64,000 bases of DNA from Bacteriovoracia bacterium (lineage in GTDB: Bacteria; Bdellovibrionota; Bacteriovoracia; Bacteriovoracales; Bacteriovoracaceae), in assembly GCA_046570105.1 (NCBI GenBank), contig JBKHVI010000001.1:32001-96000 (forward strand), written 5' to 3'. How positions within the stretch are numbered: position 1 is the first letter of the stretch; each line of letters opens with the position of its first letter. A program made the position numbers and the translations under genes. Below, piece by piece: positions 47,149 to 57,928 of the stretch. The notes beneath the pieces are model-generated. The model ran no database searches. It saw only the letters and a program-made list of their open reading frames with translations, and was not told where the DNA came from.

Positions 47149-48648
47149 GCCCTTCTTTTTCATCTTTTCAATCAACGTTGTGCGATTGAGAGAAAGAAGC
47201 TTCGAGGCCTGATTCTTGTTTCCACCAGTGCGAGAAAGCGCCTGAAGGATAAGAGAATCTTCGATATCAGAAAGAATCGTCTTGAGATCAACACCCTGCT
47301 GAGGAAGCTCAAAGATCGTTTTGTATTGGCTCGAGACCAATGGATTGGTGCGATAGATTTTTGATGGAAGATCCTCTGGAAGAATCTCATTCCCACCACG
47401 CAAGATCACCAAGCGCTCAATCACATTCTCAAGCTCACGAACGTTTCCTGGCCACTCATAGCTCATTAACAAATCCATCGCTTCATGGCTGAAGCTGATT
47501 TCATTTGAACGGTCAGCTGAAGTAAAGCGATCGAGGAAGTAGCTAATTAAAAGTGGGATATCTTCACGGCGCTCTTTCAAGGCCGGAAGTTTCACTGGAA
47601 TAACATTTAAGCGATAGAACAAGTCTTCGCGGAACTTACCATCTTTCACTTGAGCATCAAGATCACGGTGAGTGGCAGCTACTAAGCGCACATCCACATC
47701 AATGGCTTCACTTGAACCGACCGGCTCAATCTGTCTGAGCTGCAATACACGCAAGAGTTTCACTTGTAAGAGCAAAGGCATGTCACCAATCTCATCTAAG
47801 AAAAGTGTTCCTTGATGAGCGAGTTCAAAGCGGCCTTTGCGATTTGAAATGGCTCCTGTGAATGAACCTTTGATGTGGCCGAAGAGCTCACTTTCTAAAA
47901 GTTCACCTGGAATCGCTCCACAGTTTACTGACACACGAGGAAACTCAGTGCGAGTCGAGAGCTTATGAATAGCGTTCGCCACCAACTCTTTGCCGGTTCC
48001 AGATGGGCCAGTGATCAAAACAGTTGAATCAGACTTAGCGACTTTCTTAATGCGCTCAAAAACTTCTTTCATCGCTTGAGAGCGGCCAACCATGCCGTAG
48101 AACATATCTTCAGCGATAGGACGCTCAAGCGTGAGCTTTGGCATTAATGGACGGGCAGCGCGAGTTCCACGGTTAGGTGACTCATCGGCGACAGAATTAA
48201 CTACGCCACCCAATTCAATCGAGAGACGTTCGCGAAATCCATTGAAGACGAGTTGTTTTAAAACATCGAGCTCGAAAGGTTTAGTGAGGTAATGGAAGGC
48301 TCCGCGCTTAGTCGCTGCGATAGCTGTCTCAATGCTGGCAAAGCCCGTCATGACCACTGAAGCGAAGGTAAAGCCCTTCTCTTTCAAGATATCAATCAAG
48401 AGCAGGCCATCCGAGCCTTGGCCTAATGAAATATCGGCCAAGAGAAAGAAGGGGGCCTTGGGATCATGATTCTTGGTGAACTCTACCAAGCAATCCTCTG
48501 ATGAGGTGTAGAGCAAAACCTGGAGCCCAAAAGTTCTTTCCAGATACTTCTTAAGCGTCAGTCCCAAGAGGTTATCGTCTTCGACAATAACCAGTGGTGC
48601 TGATGAGGTTTGAGTGAAGGAACGCTGCAGGAAATTAAGATCGTCCAT
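47122..48648 (-). CDS. Sigma54-dependent response regulator (REC-AAA+-HTH)
   Basis: REC domain, GPSGTGKE, ESELFGHIKGSFTGA, LFLDEIG, WPGNVREL, Fis HTH. Confidence 0.93.
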   Translation of the reverse strand: MDDLNFLQRSFTQTSSAPLVIVEDDNLLGLTLKKYLERTFGLQVLLYTSSEDCLVEFTKNHDPKAPFFLLADISLGQGSDGLLLIDILKEKGFTFASVVMTGFASIETAIAATKRGAFHYLTKPFELDVLKQLVFNGFRERLSIELGGVVNSVADESPNRGTRAARPLMPKLTLERPIAEDMFYGMVGRSQAMKEVFERIKKVAKSDSTVLITGPSGTGKELVANAIHKLSTRTEFPRVSVNCGAIPGELLESELFGHIKGSFTGAISNRKGRFELAHQGTLFLDEIGDMPLLLQVKLLRVLQLRQIEPVGSSEAIDVDVRLVAATHRDLDAQVKDGKFREDLFYRLNVIPVKLPALKERREDIPLLISYFLDRFTSADRSNEISFSHEAMDLLMSYEWPGNVRELENVIERLVILRGGNEILPEDLPSKIYRTNPLVSSQYKTIFELPQQGVDLKTILSDIEDSLILQALSRTGGNKNQASKLLSLNRTTLIEKMKKKGLETGGTEV

Positions 48649-48688
48649 AGATCCTCCTGCCAATATGCTAACGAATCCTGAGAGATTG

Positions 48689-48704
48689 TGTCAATTTTCA
48701 GACA
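48689..48704. promoter_or_regulatory. TGTC-N8-GACA palindrome (FleQ/FlrA-box-like)
   Basis: TGTCAATTTTCAGACA upstream of the sigma54 regulator. Confidence 0.45.
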
Positions 48705-48720
48705 CCGCGCTAAGTACTTA

Positions 48721-48954
48721 TTATAATTCAACACTTCTTTGCCATTTCATGAACTTTCTTACCGCCTTGTCAGGCCCACCGGCGTAATAGTACCAGCCGA
48801 GCGCCAACATCGGCAGAATCATGATGATGAGGCAGGCGCGGGTCGATTTCTTCTTTTTTCTGAGCCAAAAAATATAAGCAAATTCACCCGCAATAATGAT
48901 GAGGGGAATGGCCCAAAAAGGCGTATGGCGAATCATGAAATAAAATTCAGTCAT
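48721..48954 (-). CDS. Small two-TM membrane protein
   Basis: Two hydrophobic helices separated by RKKKK. Confidence 0.6.
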   Translation of the reverse strand: MTEFYFMIRHTPFWAIPLIIIAGEFAYIFWLRKKKKSTRACLIIMILPMLALGWYYYAGGPDKAVRKFMKWQRSVEL

Positions 48955-48980
48955 AAAAAAAAGGGGCCCAAAAGGGCCCC
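48955..48980 (-). terminator. Intrinsic terminator of metK
   Basis: GGGGCCC/GGGCCCC stem with T8 on the minus strand. Confidence 0.85.
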
Positions 48981-49005
48981 TCTCATAAGTGCTCTTACTT
49001 ATATT

Positions 49006-50172
49006 CTAGAAGAAAGCTTTCAACTTCTCCACCATGTCGGTTTGTTCCCATGTGAACTCGCCTGGCTTACCGGTCCGGCCAAAGTGTCCGTAGGCCGCAG
49101 TAGAAGAGTAAATTGGGCGCATGAGATCGAGGCGCTGAATGAGGGCCTTCGGACGCATATCAAAGAGTTCGTTGATGGCAGCTTGAAGCTTCATCTCATC
49201 AACTTTTGCAGTCCCGAAAGTGTCGATCAATAGGCTCATCGGTTTTGCTACACCGATAGCGTAAGCGACTTGAACCAAGGCTTTATCGGCCAATCCTGCA
49301 GCCACTACGTTCTTAGCAATGTGGCGAGCAGCATAAGCGGCTGAGCGGTCAACTTTAGAAGGATCTTTCCCTGAGAAAGCACCGCCGCCGTGAGCGCCGT
49401 GACCACCGTAGGTATCAACGATAATTTTGCGACCCGTGAGACCGCAATCTCCCATTGGTCCACCAATAACAAAGCGACCCGTTGGATTAATGAAATATTT
49501 TGTGTCTTTATCAACGAGGTGTTGAGGAACAATCTTCTTGATGACTTCTTCCATCACGCCTTCTTGAACTTGTTTCAACGTCATGCCTTCAGCATGTTGA
49601 GTAGAAACAACGATCGCATCAAGACGCTTCAATTTGCCGTCGACATATTGAGCTGTCACTTGAGTTTTTCCGTCAGCACGAAGGTCTTTCAAAGTGCCAT
49701 TCTTACGAACGTCAGTGAGACGCTTGGCAAGTTGGTGAGAAAGATCGATCGTCACTGGCATGAGGCTTGAAGTTTCATTAATAGCGTAACCAAACATAAG
49801 ACCTTGGTCACCAGCACCTTGATCGAGGTACGTGCCTTCGCCTTCGTTCACACCCATAGCAATATCTTGTGATTGTTTGCCAAGAGCTACAGTCACACCG
49901 CAGGTATTGCAGTCGAAACCTTTATCTGAGTGGTCGTAACCGATTTCTTTAATCTTGTTGCGAACAACATCTTGGATATTAATGTTGGCATTTGTTGTCA
50001 CTTCACCGGCAACAACAACGAGGCCCGTTGTAATCAAGGTTTCACAAGCTACGCGTGATTTAGCATCTTGAGCTAACATGGCATCCAAAATAGCGTCCGA
50101 AATCTGATCGGCCATTTTGTCTGGGTGACCTTCTGTGACTGACTCAGAAGTGAACATATAGTTTTTCAACAT
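49006..50172 (-). CDS. metK: S-adenosylmethionine synthetase
   Basis: [34 protein letters not shown]. Confidence 0.98.
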   Translation of the reverse strand: MLKNYMFTSESVTEGHPDKMADQISDAILDAMLAQDAKSRVACETLITTGLVVVAGEVTTNANINIQDVVRNKIKEIGYDHSDKGFDCNTCGVTVALGKQSQDIAMGVNEGEGTYLDQGAGDQGLMFGYAINETSSLMPVTIDLSHQLAKRLTDVRKNGTLKDLRADGKTQVTAQYVDGKLKRLDAIVVSTQHAEGMTLKQVQEGVMEEVIKKIVPQHLVDKDTKYFINPTGRFVIGGPMGDCGLTGRKIIVDTYGGHGAHGGGAFSGKDPSKVDRSAAYAARHIAKNVVAAGLADKALVQVAYAIGVAKPMSLLIDTFGTAKVDEMKLQAAINELFDMRPKALIQRLDLMRPIYSSTAAYGHFGRTGKPGEFTWEQTDMVEKLKAFF

Positions 50173-50218
50173 ACGGGTGCTCCTCGCGCGGGTCTAAACA
50201 ATTAATAGACTAGGGCGC

Positions 50219-50248
50219 GTTATACACCTGAATTCTGTGCTTTCGCAA
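50219..50248 (-). promoter_or_regulatory. Putative sigma70 promoter of metK
   Basis: TTGCGA-N18-TATAAC followed by a GC-rich discriminator. Confidence 0.45.
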
Positions 50249-50254
50249 AGGATT

Positions 50255-51955
50255 TTACTTCAGCGAAGTACTATTTCCGTTCAAACCGAAATAGGTAAAG
50301 TAGTGCGGGTTTCGCCAGGAATAAAATAACCACTTCTCTTGGAAGAGACGGGCCACATATATTTTATTTTCCAGCTCAATGACTTGGTATTTCTCACCCA
50401 CAGGATCTGTGAATTGATAAAGGTACTGCCCCGCGCCCTTACTCCAAAGACTTCTTAATTTGTCCTGGGATTCCGCCAAAAGCCCCGGACGCTCGGGCAG
50501 TGAATGGTAGTTATCCCATACGCTCGCCATATTTATTCGGCCAGGCATAGAAGCTCGTGAGAAGTAGCGAAGGGCCTTAAACTCACTGCGAGGATTTCGC
50601 AAAAGCGCCAAGGCAATTTCTAAATTTTCGCGCTGAAGACGCAAACCCGTTTTGGAAAAATCAGGACAAAAAGCTTTCACCGCACCCGGCATATAATAAT
50701 AAGTGAATGAAAACTCACCACGTCGATAAAGCACATTCAACCAATGTTCATTTTGGATAGCTTTCTCAGAGAGCTCTTTACGCAATAATGGAAACATCTC
50801 TTGGGCCGGGTCGAGTTGACGATAAAACGGAACACCATGACGATTGACTACCACTTGAGCGACATCTAAACGCTCCAACGCTTCATGCGAATCTACATCG
50901 CCCACTTCATTATAAAGAATGGTCTCAATGCTATAGAGTGCTTTCATGGTGTCGTCCTGTTTCTTCCACCATAGCCAACTCAGCGTTTGTTTTGAAGCGA
51001 CCCACTCTTTTAGAAGCAGAGTCGCCTGATTTTTTTCACGAATATGAGCACGAGCTTTCTCTTTATTCTCTGGACGGACGAGATCTTGATAAAACTGTAA
51101 AGCGCGTGAGGTTCGTTCTTCCCATTCACCTAAGCGCGCAATCAGAGCTGGTTTGCCGCGCTCGAGTTCTTTCTTGATACGAGCCAGCACGAACTGAAGA
51201 TCGTATCGTAAGTCTTCGGCTAAAACCAACATCGGACGATCCATTTCAAGCTGGACTGTATCGATGGTTGTTCTCAACCACGAGTCACTGGATGTTTGAT
51301 CGGGATTATAAGCACCGTCTTCTAAGAGGCGACGATAGAAGAAAGCATAGTTGGCAATTTGCTGAGAAGTCGGCTCAGGTTGATCACGGAATTCATCATA
51401 GATCTTGCGATTTTTTAAATGATCAACAGGAAATGAGTAATTAGTCAGGAAGGGCGTGAGACGCACAAGCTTGGCCCACTCACCTTTTAACTTTTTTAGT
51501 TCGACGAGTGAATTCTCTCCGGCCTTCTTTCGATTCTTCTCACTACTATCTGTTTCCCAAGCTCTCTTATGTTGTAAGAGCACTTTCATTTTCTTTTCAA
51601 TATTTTCAAGTGTAACGAAACCAGGTAATTTCTTTTTTTGAATTAACCATTTTCGTTGTTCTTGAATCCACTTAAGTTTTTTTTCAATTTCAGGGATTAA
51701 CTTTTCGACCGTGACAAAATCAACATCACTCGAAAGCTCTGGAACCCAGTGACCTTGACCCCGGTAACGCTTAAGAAGCTTATTGAATTCTTCCTCAGTC
51801 CCATTAGGACAAATCTCTTTGGCATGCTCTCTATATAAAGCATGGTACTGAGCAAGTGTTTTCCCTTGTCGTGATGGCTCTAATGAAGAAGCACAAGACT
51901 GCAGTGAAAAACTTAACAGCGTTAAAAGAATTAAACTATTTGAGAGCTTGAACAA
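50255..51955 (-). CDS. Lipoprotein with C-terminal SleB/Hydrolase_2-like cell wall hydrolase motif
   Basis: Lipobox-like LQSC; ILYNEVG...DVAQVVVNR...VLYRRGEFS...ALRYF resembles SleB. Confidence 0.6.
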   Translation of the reverse strand: MFKLSNSLILLTLLSFSLQSCASSLEPSRQGKTLAQYHALYREHAKEICPNGTEEEFNKLLKRYRGQGHWVPELSSDVDFVTVEKLIPEIEKKLKWIQEQRKWLIQKKKLPGFVTLENIEKKMKVLLQHKRAWETDSSEKNRKKAGENSLVELKKLKGEWAKLVRLTPFLTNYSFPVDHLKNRKIYDEFRDQPEPTSQQIANYAFFYRRLLEDGAYNPDQTSSDSWLRTTIDTVQLEMDRPMLVLAEDLRYDLQFVLARIKKELERGKPALIARLGEWEERTSRALQFYQDLVRPENKEKARAHIREKNQATLLLKEWVASKQTLSWLWWKKQDDTMKALYSIETILYNEVGDVDSHEALERLDVAQVVVNRHGVPFYRQLDPAQEMFPLLRKELSEKAIQNEHWLNVLYRRGEFSFTYYYMPGAVKAFCPDFSKTGLRLQRENLEIALALLRNPRSEFKALRYFSRASMPGRINMASVWDNYHSLPERPGLLAESQDKLRSLWSKGAGQYLYQFTDPVGEKYQVIELENKIYVARLFQEKWLFYSWRNPHYFTYFGLNGNSTSLK

Positions 51956-53387
51956 AATCAGACTCCCATAAGCCTAAACAAGTACGGTTAGATAAAATAA
52001 CTAATACATCGCCGCTTTTTATGGTCGCATCGATGGCTGCACGTAGTGGTGCCAACGTTGAAACACAAGAAGCAGGTTTATGATGAAGTGATGATATTTC
52101 ACTGGCGAGCCTTACTCCATCGAGATCCTTACCACCCAAAGCCGTCGTAGCGATATCAGGTTTTGCGATAATCACTTCATCACTTGTAGCTAAACTGTCA
52201 CGAAACTCATCTTGAAAAATCGCTGAGCGAGCTGTTGCTGAGACAGGTTCGAAAACTGTAATAATACGTCGATTTTTAAAACGCGCCCGAATTGCATCAA
52301 GAGTGACAGTGATGGCACGAGGATGATGGGCAAAATCATCGATCACAGTGGCACCCTTATAAGTCCCACGCACTTCTTGACGACGTTTCACCATGCCTAA
52401 GTTCAGAACTGCTTTTTGTAGTTCTGCAATTTTAAATCCTTCCCCATGCAAGAACGCCAAACATGAAGTGATATTGAGAATATTATGTTGTCCGATTGCG
52501 GAAGTTTTAAACTTTGTTTTTTCACCATTGAGAATTAATGAAAACTCACTGCCATTCTCTTCCGTCACAATATCATAGGGGCCGATCGCAGCGCCCGGAC
52601 CATAACTCGTCCAAGACTTCGCCAGTGTTTTGCCTTGATACTCGTTCCACAACTTTTGCGAAGAGGGATACTCCAAGTTCATTATCACTTGGCCAGGAAG
52701 TTTCGGTAGGACATCACGGAACTCATCTTCAATCTTTTCAACACTCGAAAATATATCAGCATGATCAAATTCAAGCGAAGTTAAAATCATGTGCTTGAGT
52801 TCGTACAAACGAAACTTTGAAATTTTATGAAAATATCCTGAGTCGTATTCATCCCCTTCGATGGGAAAATATTTGCCAGTTCCAAGTCTCGCTGGATCAC
52901 GTCCATCAATAATTCCGCCGACGAGATAACCGGGTTTCTGTCCAAGAGACTCTAACATCTGAGTTAGAAAAAAAGTCGTAGTCGTCTTACCGTGTGTTCC
53001 ACAAATTCCAACGACCTGACGTTCTTTTAAAACGAGTGCACCAAGAGCAGCAGGAAAAGAAGTCAGAGGAACATCAAGTTGTTCAAGCATACGGGCCTGT
53101 TCTGATTTGCCCGACAAAGAATTTCCTACGACAATCAAATCGAATTTTTTTAGAAATTCTGGATTTGCTGTTTCAATTTTATGGAGAGGAATTCCTGTGC
53201 TCTCAAGATATGTCGACATAGGAGGATAGAAAGCGCTATCAGCACCTTCCACATCTAGTCCTGCCTCTTTCATTAAAACTGCAGCAGGGCCCATGCCGGC
53301 CCCACATATACGATAAAAGAATATTTTTTTAAAATCACGACGACGCTGGATGAGCTCGTCTTGCTTAATTAAATTGCGTAAGTCCAT
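51936..53387 (-). CDS. mpl: Mur ligase, Mpl/MurC family (murein peptide ligase-like)
   Basis: ICGAGM, GSD..FYPPMST, GTHGKTTT, EGDEYDS, LEFDHAD, DDFAHHP. Confidence 0.8.
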   Translation of the reverse strand: MDLRNLIKQDELIQRRRDFKKIFFYRICGAGMGPAAVLMKEAGLDVEGADSAFYPPMSTYLESTGIPLHKIETANPEFLKKFDLIVVGNSLSGKSEQARMLEQLDVPLTSFPAALGALVLKERQVVGICGTHGKTTTTFFLTQMLESLGQKPGYLVGGIIDGRDPARLGTGKYFPIEGDEYDSGYFHKISKFRLYELKHMILTSLEFDHADIFSSVEKIEDEFRDVLPKLPGQVIMNLEYPSSQKLWNEYQGKTLAKSWTSYGPGAAIGPYDIVTEENGSEFSLILNGEKTKFKTSAIGQHNILNITSCLAFLHGEGFKIAELQKAVLNLGMVKRRQEVRGTYKGATVIDDFAHHPRAITVTLDAIRARFKNRRIITVFEPVSATARSAIFQDEFRDSLATSDEVIIAKPDIATTALGGKDLDGVRLASEISSLHHKPASCVSTLAPLRAAIDATIKSGDVLVILSNRTCLGLWESDFVQALK

Positions 53388-53415
53388 GGTACAGATAACT
53401 CCTCAAAGTGAGGTT

Positions 53416-54201
53416 TTATTGTACCAGGCTCACTTGCAATAAGGCATCATTCTGCATTTCTGACAATCTTGCTCGGCAAATCATTTCAATACGAGCTTTG
53501 ACAGCATAAGCACTCACAAACGGAGAACTCTCCGTTGGAAGCCGTGTTCCACTTAAGTCAGTTGGGCACCAAGCAAATTTTGGGAAAAGCTTATCTGCAT
53601 CTCCCGCCACTACCAAACGAGCTGTATTGAGCATCGTCGAGTAACTCAAGCGTCTTTCTTGGTGCTCTTCGTTAACAATATCAAAAGTTGTTACGTAAGG
53701 AATTTGATCGAGTGGTATTTCACGCGCTTCCACCGGCCTGATATAGATACTCAAAACACGCCCTGGATACAGCTTTTGCAGCTCTTGAAACACTTCTGGA
53801 TCCTGGCCGACATCATCTCCAACCAAAACAACTTCTTCTTCTGGATAGCGATCCATAATCTGTGAAATGCTGCGAACTTTATACTTCAATTTCGATTCGA
53901 AAATATTGCGACGAAGAGTAAGAGTTTCGTAAGGCACTTCGTAATGCGCCAAAAGCTCTCTGATCTTTTTCTCTAATAAACTTGGTGAGGCAGTCACAAA
54001 ATGGAGTGTGGCTCCATCTTTTGCCCAGGCCTTGTAAAGTTCCGGCATTGCGGGAAAGACATCCTTAGTGAAAAGCCCACGCCAGGCCCCTTGGAGGGCA
54101 TCGCCTGAATTAGTGATTTTTATGGTGTCATCCACATCACTTATTACCATATAGGCTTGCGCCGAAGTGGTTAAAAAGAGGGTAAATAGCAAGCTCAGCA
54201 T
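53416..54201 (-). CDS. Secreted App1/DUF2183 phosphatidate phosphatase family protein
   Basis: ISDVDDTIK (DxDxT), LVGD..QDPE..; signal peptide. Confidence 0.85.
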   Translation of the reverse strand: MLSLLFTLFLTTSAQAYMVISDVDDTIKITNSGDALQGAWRGLFTKDVFPAMPELYKAWAKDGATLHFVTASPSLLEKKIRELLAHYEVPYETLTLRRNIFESKLKYKVRSISQIMDRYPEEEVVLVGDDVGQDPEVFQELQKLYPGRVLSIYIRPVEAREIPLDQIPYVTTFDIVNEEHQERRLSYSTMLNTARLVVAGDADKLFPKFAWCPTDLSGTRLPTESSPFVSAYAVKARIEMICRARLSEMQNDALLQVSLVQ

Positions 54202-54321
54202 AAGAGACCTCTCATCCTTGAGGGTTTAAAGTGCTGTCATTTTTACATGTTGATGACGGTTTTTCTCCTCTCAAAACATGACGGCCATAGAATTTTATAA
54301 AATTCGCAATTCCGAGGTCAT

Positions 54322-54795
54322 ATGAAGGCTTTTACCCTAGTCGTTTTGTCGGTCATGTCTCTCAATTTGTGGGCATCACCTTGTCAGGTGAAACTGGTTT
54401 TGGAAGCCAGTGGTAAAAGCGTCATCAGCATCAATGAACTAGATAATGACGGAAGAATCGCTCGTGAAATTCTCACTGAAAATATCGAAGCTCTCATTGA
54501 AGGCACACGTGAAGCAGGCCTTGAACTGATTGAAGAAGATAATGAGCAGATTCTTCGTCTTAATTTAATTTCCAACCGCAAAAACGAAAAACTTAAGAGC
54601 ACTGGCATCGAAGTAGAATTTAATTATGAAAATAAATGGGGAACACGCAACTCAATCAAGTTCTCTCGTGAATCCTCATTACCATTCTTGGCGCAAATTG
54701 GTGTGACATCCGCCACTGTGGCTCAAAAAAATGAACTCAAAAAGCGAGTTTTTGAAGCTCTCTCTGAATTAAAGAGCTTCCCAGGATGTCGTTAA
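54322..54795 (+). CDS. Secreted hypothetical protein
   Basis: Signal peptide; SD GAGG. Confidence 0.65.
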   Translation: MKAFTLVVLSVMSLNLWASPCQVKLVLEASGKSVISINELDNDGRIAREILTENIEALIEGTREAGLELIEEDNEQILRLNLISNRKNEKLKSTGIEVEFNYENKWGTRNSIKFSRESSLPFLAQIGVTSATVAQKNELKKRVFEALSELKSFPGCR

Positions 54796-56363
54796 AACTG
54801 CTGACTACTTATCTTATCCCAATCTTCACGCCAGCGAAGAGGCGGAGTTGTTAGCCACTCCCCGTCTTTTGACCACGGAACTAAATGTTGCCAAGATTTG
54901 ATTTCAAAATCGGAAATACGCCTTCTTAAATGAGACGGATTTAAATCTCGATGAGAATGAAGGCCCATCGCTCCAATCATTTCTGCAACCGCTTTGAGTG
55001 TTTGTTCGTGGAAATTTTTGGCGCGTGATCTTTTGTCGGCCACCACTAACCCTTTTGTAAGTCTAGGATCTTGCGTGGCGATTCCTGTTGGACACTCATT
55101 GGTATTACAGCGAAGCGCTTGAATACAACCAAGTGAGAGTAAAAATGGACGAGCGGCATACATCACATCAACACCCAAACACATTAAACGAATAAGTCCG
55201 AATGCTGTCGTAAGTTTTCCAGAAGCAAATACGCTGATTTTGTCCTTTAGGCCAAATCCCTTAAGCGCATTCACTACAAATACCACGGCATCTACTCCGG
55301 GCATCCCAACTGAATTCGAAAACTCTAATGGCGCAGCCCCGGTTCCGCCCTCTCCACCATCCACTGATATATAATCAAGATAACTTTCTGTCTCGACCAT
55401 CGCCTTACAAAGGGCCAGGAACTCTTCTTCTCGTCCGACACACAACTTGACTCCAACCGGCTTGCCGCCGGACAAATCTCTTAAGCGTTGGGCAAATGCC
55501 AAAAGCTCACGAGGTGTTGAGAAAGCAGAATGACCCGGTGGTGAGATCACATCGGCACCAAGAGGAACGTTGCGGATTTTAGCAATTTCTGGATTTAGTT
55601 TTTCCTTAGGCAGAATCCCACCATGACCAGGCTTTGCCCCCTGACTCAACTTAATCTCGATCATTTTCACTCGGGTGTCAGTCGACTTTTCCGAGAAAAG
55701 TTTTTCATCAAACTGGCCTTTCTCATTTCGGCATCCAAAATAGCCTGTTCCAATTTGCCAAATGAGATCTCCCCCATTCTCTAGGTGCCAAGGAGAGAGA
55801 CCACCCTCTCCGGTGTTGTGAGCGAAACCACCATCTTTGGCACCACCATTCAATGCTTTTACGGCTTCTTTAGAAAGAGAGCCATAACTCATCGCTGAGA
55901 TATTAAAAATGGATGCATTGTAAGGCTGCTTACAAAGTGGCCCACCGACATTCACACGAAGCTTCTTGGGATCCATATGGTGAGGCCGCATAGAGTGACC
56001 GACAAACTCATAACCCTCGCGGTAAACGTCTTGTTGTGTACCAAAAGGAATCGTATCGGTAACTTTTTTAGCTCGTTGATAAACGACGGAACGATTCTCG
56101 CGATTGATGGGTGTTCCATCGGTATTACTTTCAATGAAGTATTGATTTATTTCGGGACGGATCATCTCAAACAAGTAGCGAAAGTTCCCCAAGACAGGAA
56201 AGTTACGACGAATGGCCTGTCGAGTCTGCAAGAGATCCAGCATTCCCAAAATAAAAATCGGCATAATGATAAGCAATGACCAAAGACCACTAGGCCAATA
56301 AAAAGCAAAAACTAGATTTAATAGAAAAGCGACAGCAGACGCTAAGATAAATAGATGACGCAT
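54792..56363 (-). CDS. FMN-binding glutamate synthase family protein
   Basis: ISAMSYGSLS, HNTGEGG, EIKLSQGAKPGHGG, GCIQALRC...CPTG. Confidence 0.93.
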   Translation of the reverse strand: MRHLFILASAVAFLLNLVFAFYWPSGLWSLLIIMPIFILGMLDLLQTRQAIRRNFPVLGNFRYLFEMIRPEINQYFIESNTDGTPINRENRSVVYQRAKKVTDTIPFGTQQDVYREGYEFVGHSMRPHHMDPKKLRVNVGGPLCKQPYNASIFNISAMSYGSLSKEAVKALNGGAKDGGFAHNTGEGGLSPWHLENGGDLIWQIGTGYFGCRNEKGQFDEKLFSEKSTDTRVKMIEIKLSQGAKPGHGGILPKEKLNPEIAKIRNVPLGADVISPPGHSAFSTPRELLAFAQRLRDLSGGKPVGVKLCVGREEEFLALCKAMVETESYLDYISVDGGEGGTGAAPLEFSNSVGMPGVDAVVFVVNALKGFGLKDKISVFASGKLTTAFGLIRLMCLGVDVMYAARPFLLSLGCIQALRCNTNECPTGIATQDPRLTKGLVVADKRSRAKNFHEQTLKAVAEMIGAMGLHSHRDLNPSHLRRRISDFEIKSWQHLVPWSKDGEWLTTPPLRWREDWDKISSQQF

Positions 56364-56401
56364 AATATTCCTTGTTAGCTCTATTATAAACTAGCAATGA
56401 A

Positions 56402-57875
56402 TTATGTTGGGAACTTTAAATCAAACTTCATGGTTGGCGATTGATCATCTAAGCGAAGGGCTGCACCAATATTTTTAGCGAGATTCTGAGAAACCGATAA
56501 ACCTAATCCAGTTCCTTGCCCTGGAGGTTTCGTAGTAAAAAATGGCTGAAAAATTTTTGCCTGCAATGATGCTGCAATCATTGGCCCTGCATCAATCACA
56601 GAGTGTACGATCTGAACATTTTCTTTGATTAATACAACTTCTACCCAACGATCAGTTATATCAAGCAGAGAATCTACTGAGTTATTTAAAAGATTGAGAA
56701 GAATCTGAGAAATGTGCACTGGGTTAGTTGTTATTCTATAGCCAGTACTAGGTAGCTTGATTCTAATCTCGTTCTTATTTAAACGTCCCTGACATAGATT
56801 AATTGTATCCTTTATCACTTCCAATAAACTCGTTTCAGTCATCATCCGATTTGAAGATTCACGTGAAATATTTCGCATGCCTTGGACAATTGAAGCGATT
56901 CGATCGACCGTTAAACGAATCGAAGAAACTGTTTCACTAATTTCTCTGTGATCAAGTTCCTTATCTTGTAATAACAACTCGAGTACTTGTGTTTTACCCG
57001 AAATAATTGTCAGCGGATTATTAATCTCATGGGCGATCCCGGAAGCCATCTCACCTAGGGCCGTCATTTTAGCTGAAGGCTCTAGCGCGATGGCAGCTTC
57101 TGTTTGCTCTGTGATGTTCTCAGTGACCAATGCCACCGTCAGACTTTCGCCAAGGACGGATAGACCATCGAAGCCAGATACGGCTGCCATCATCTCGTTC
57201 AAAAAGATCACGATCACTTGAAAGTTCTTCACCTCTTAGAGCTCGTTGATGAATATCTTTCCAGCGTTGAGGGATATCTGAAAAAATTTCATAATGAGAT
57301 TTTCCGATAAACTCCTTATCTATGATTGAGAAATCTTTCAGCCATTTTTCACTCGCTGCTAAATATTTCATTTCTGTGTCGACCATCGCCGTAGCAGCTG
57401 GCATATCATTGATAAGGCGAAGAAGAAGTTTTTGGTCCTGCTCTGAAACGATACGGGCTTTCTCTGTTACATTTACATCTAAATGTGTCCCGGTAAAGCG
57501 CGTCGGTTTACCATTCTTATCTCGAGCAGAAATGGCACCGCGATCTAAAATATAAACCCAATCGCCATTGGTGTGCTTAAGGCGATGAATGTTTTCATAA
57601 TTAGGTGTTTCACCCTCTAGATAGCGCCTGATATCCTCATAAGCGCGGGCCTTGTCGTCGGGATGTACAAGAGCGTCCCAGGTGCTTAAACGCATTTCTG
57701 TTTTATGTTGATCAAGCCCCAGCATCTCACACCAACGACGGTCGAAGTGAACACTGTCTGTGGTAAGATCCCAATCCCAAATTCCAACACCAGCACCTTC
57801 AATGGCCAATTGAAGTCGCTCGGCAAGCTCCGTTGGATTAAGTTCATCAAGAAATGAGCTACGTTTTGAAGACAC
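56402..57875 (-). pseudogene. PAS/PAC sensor histidine kinase split by a frameshift near 57125
   Basis: 57120-57875 encodes two PAS domains ending SDGGIG; the kinase part (TENITEQ...IAHEINNPL...GTGLGL) continues in another frame. Confidence 0.8.
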
Positions 57876-57928
57876 GGGTTATTTTAACCCGAACTGACTT
57901 ATGGAACTTCTGATTTTTATCAGATTAT

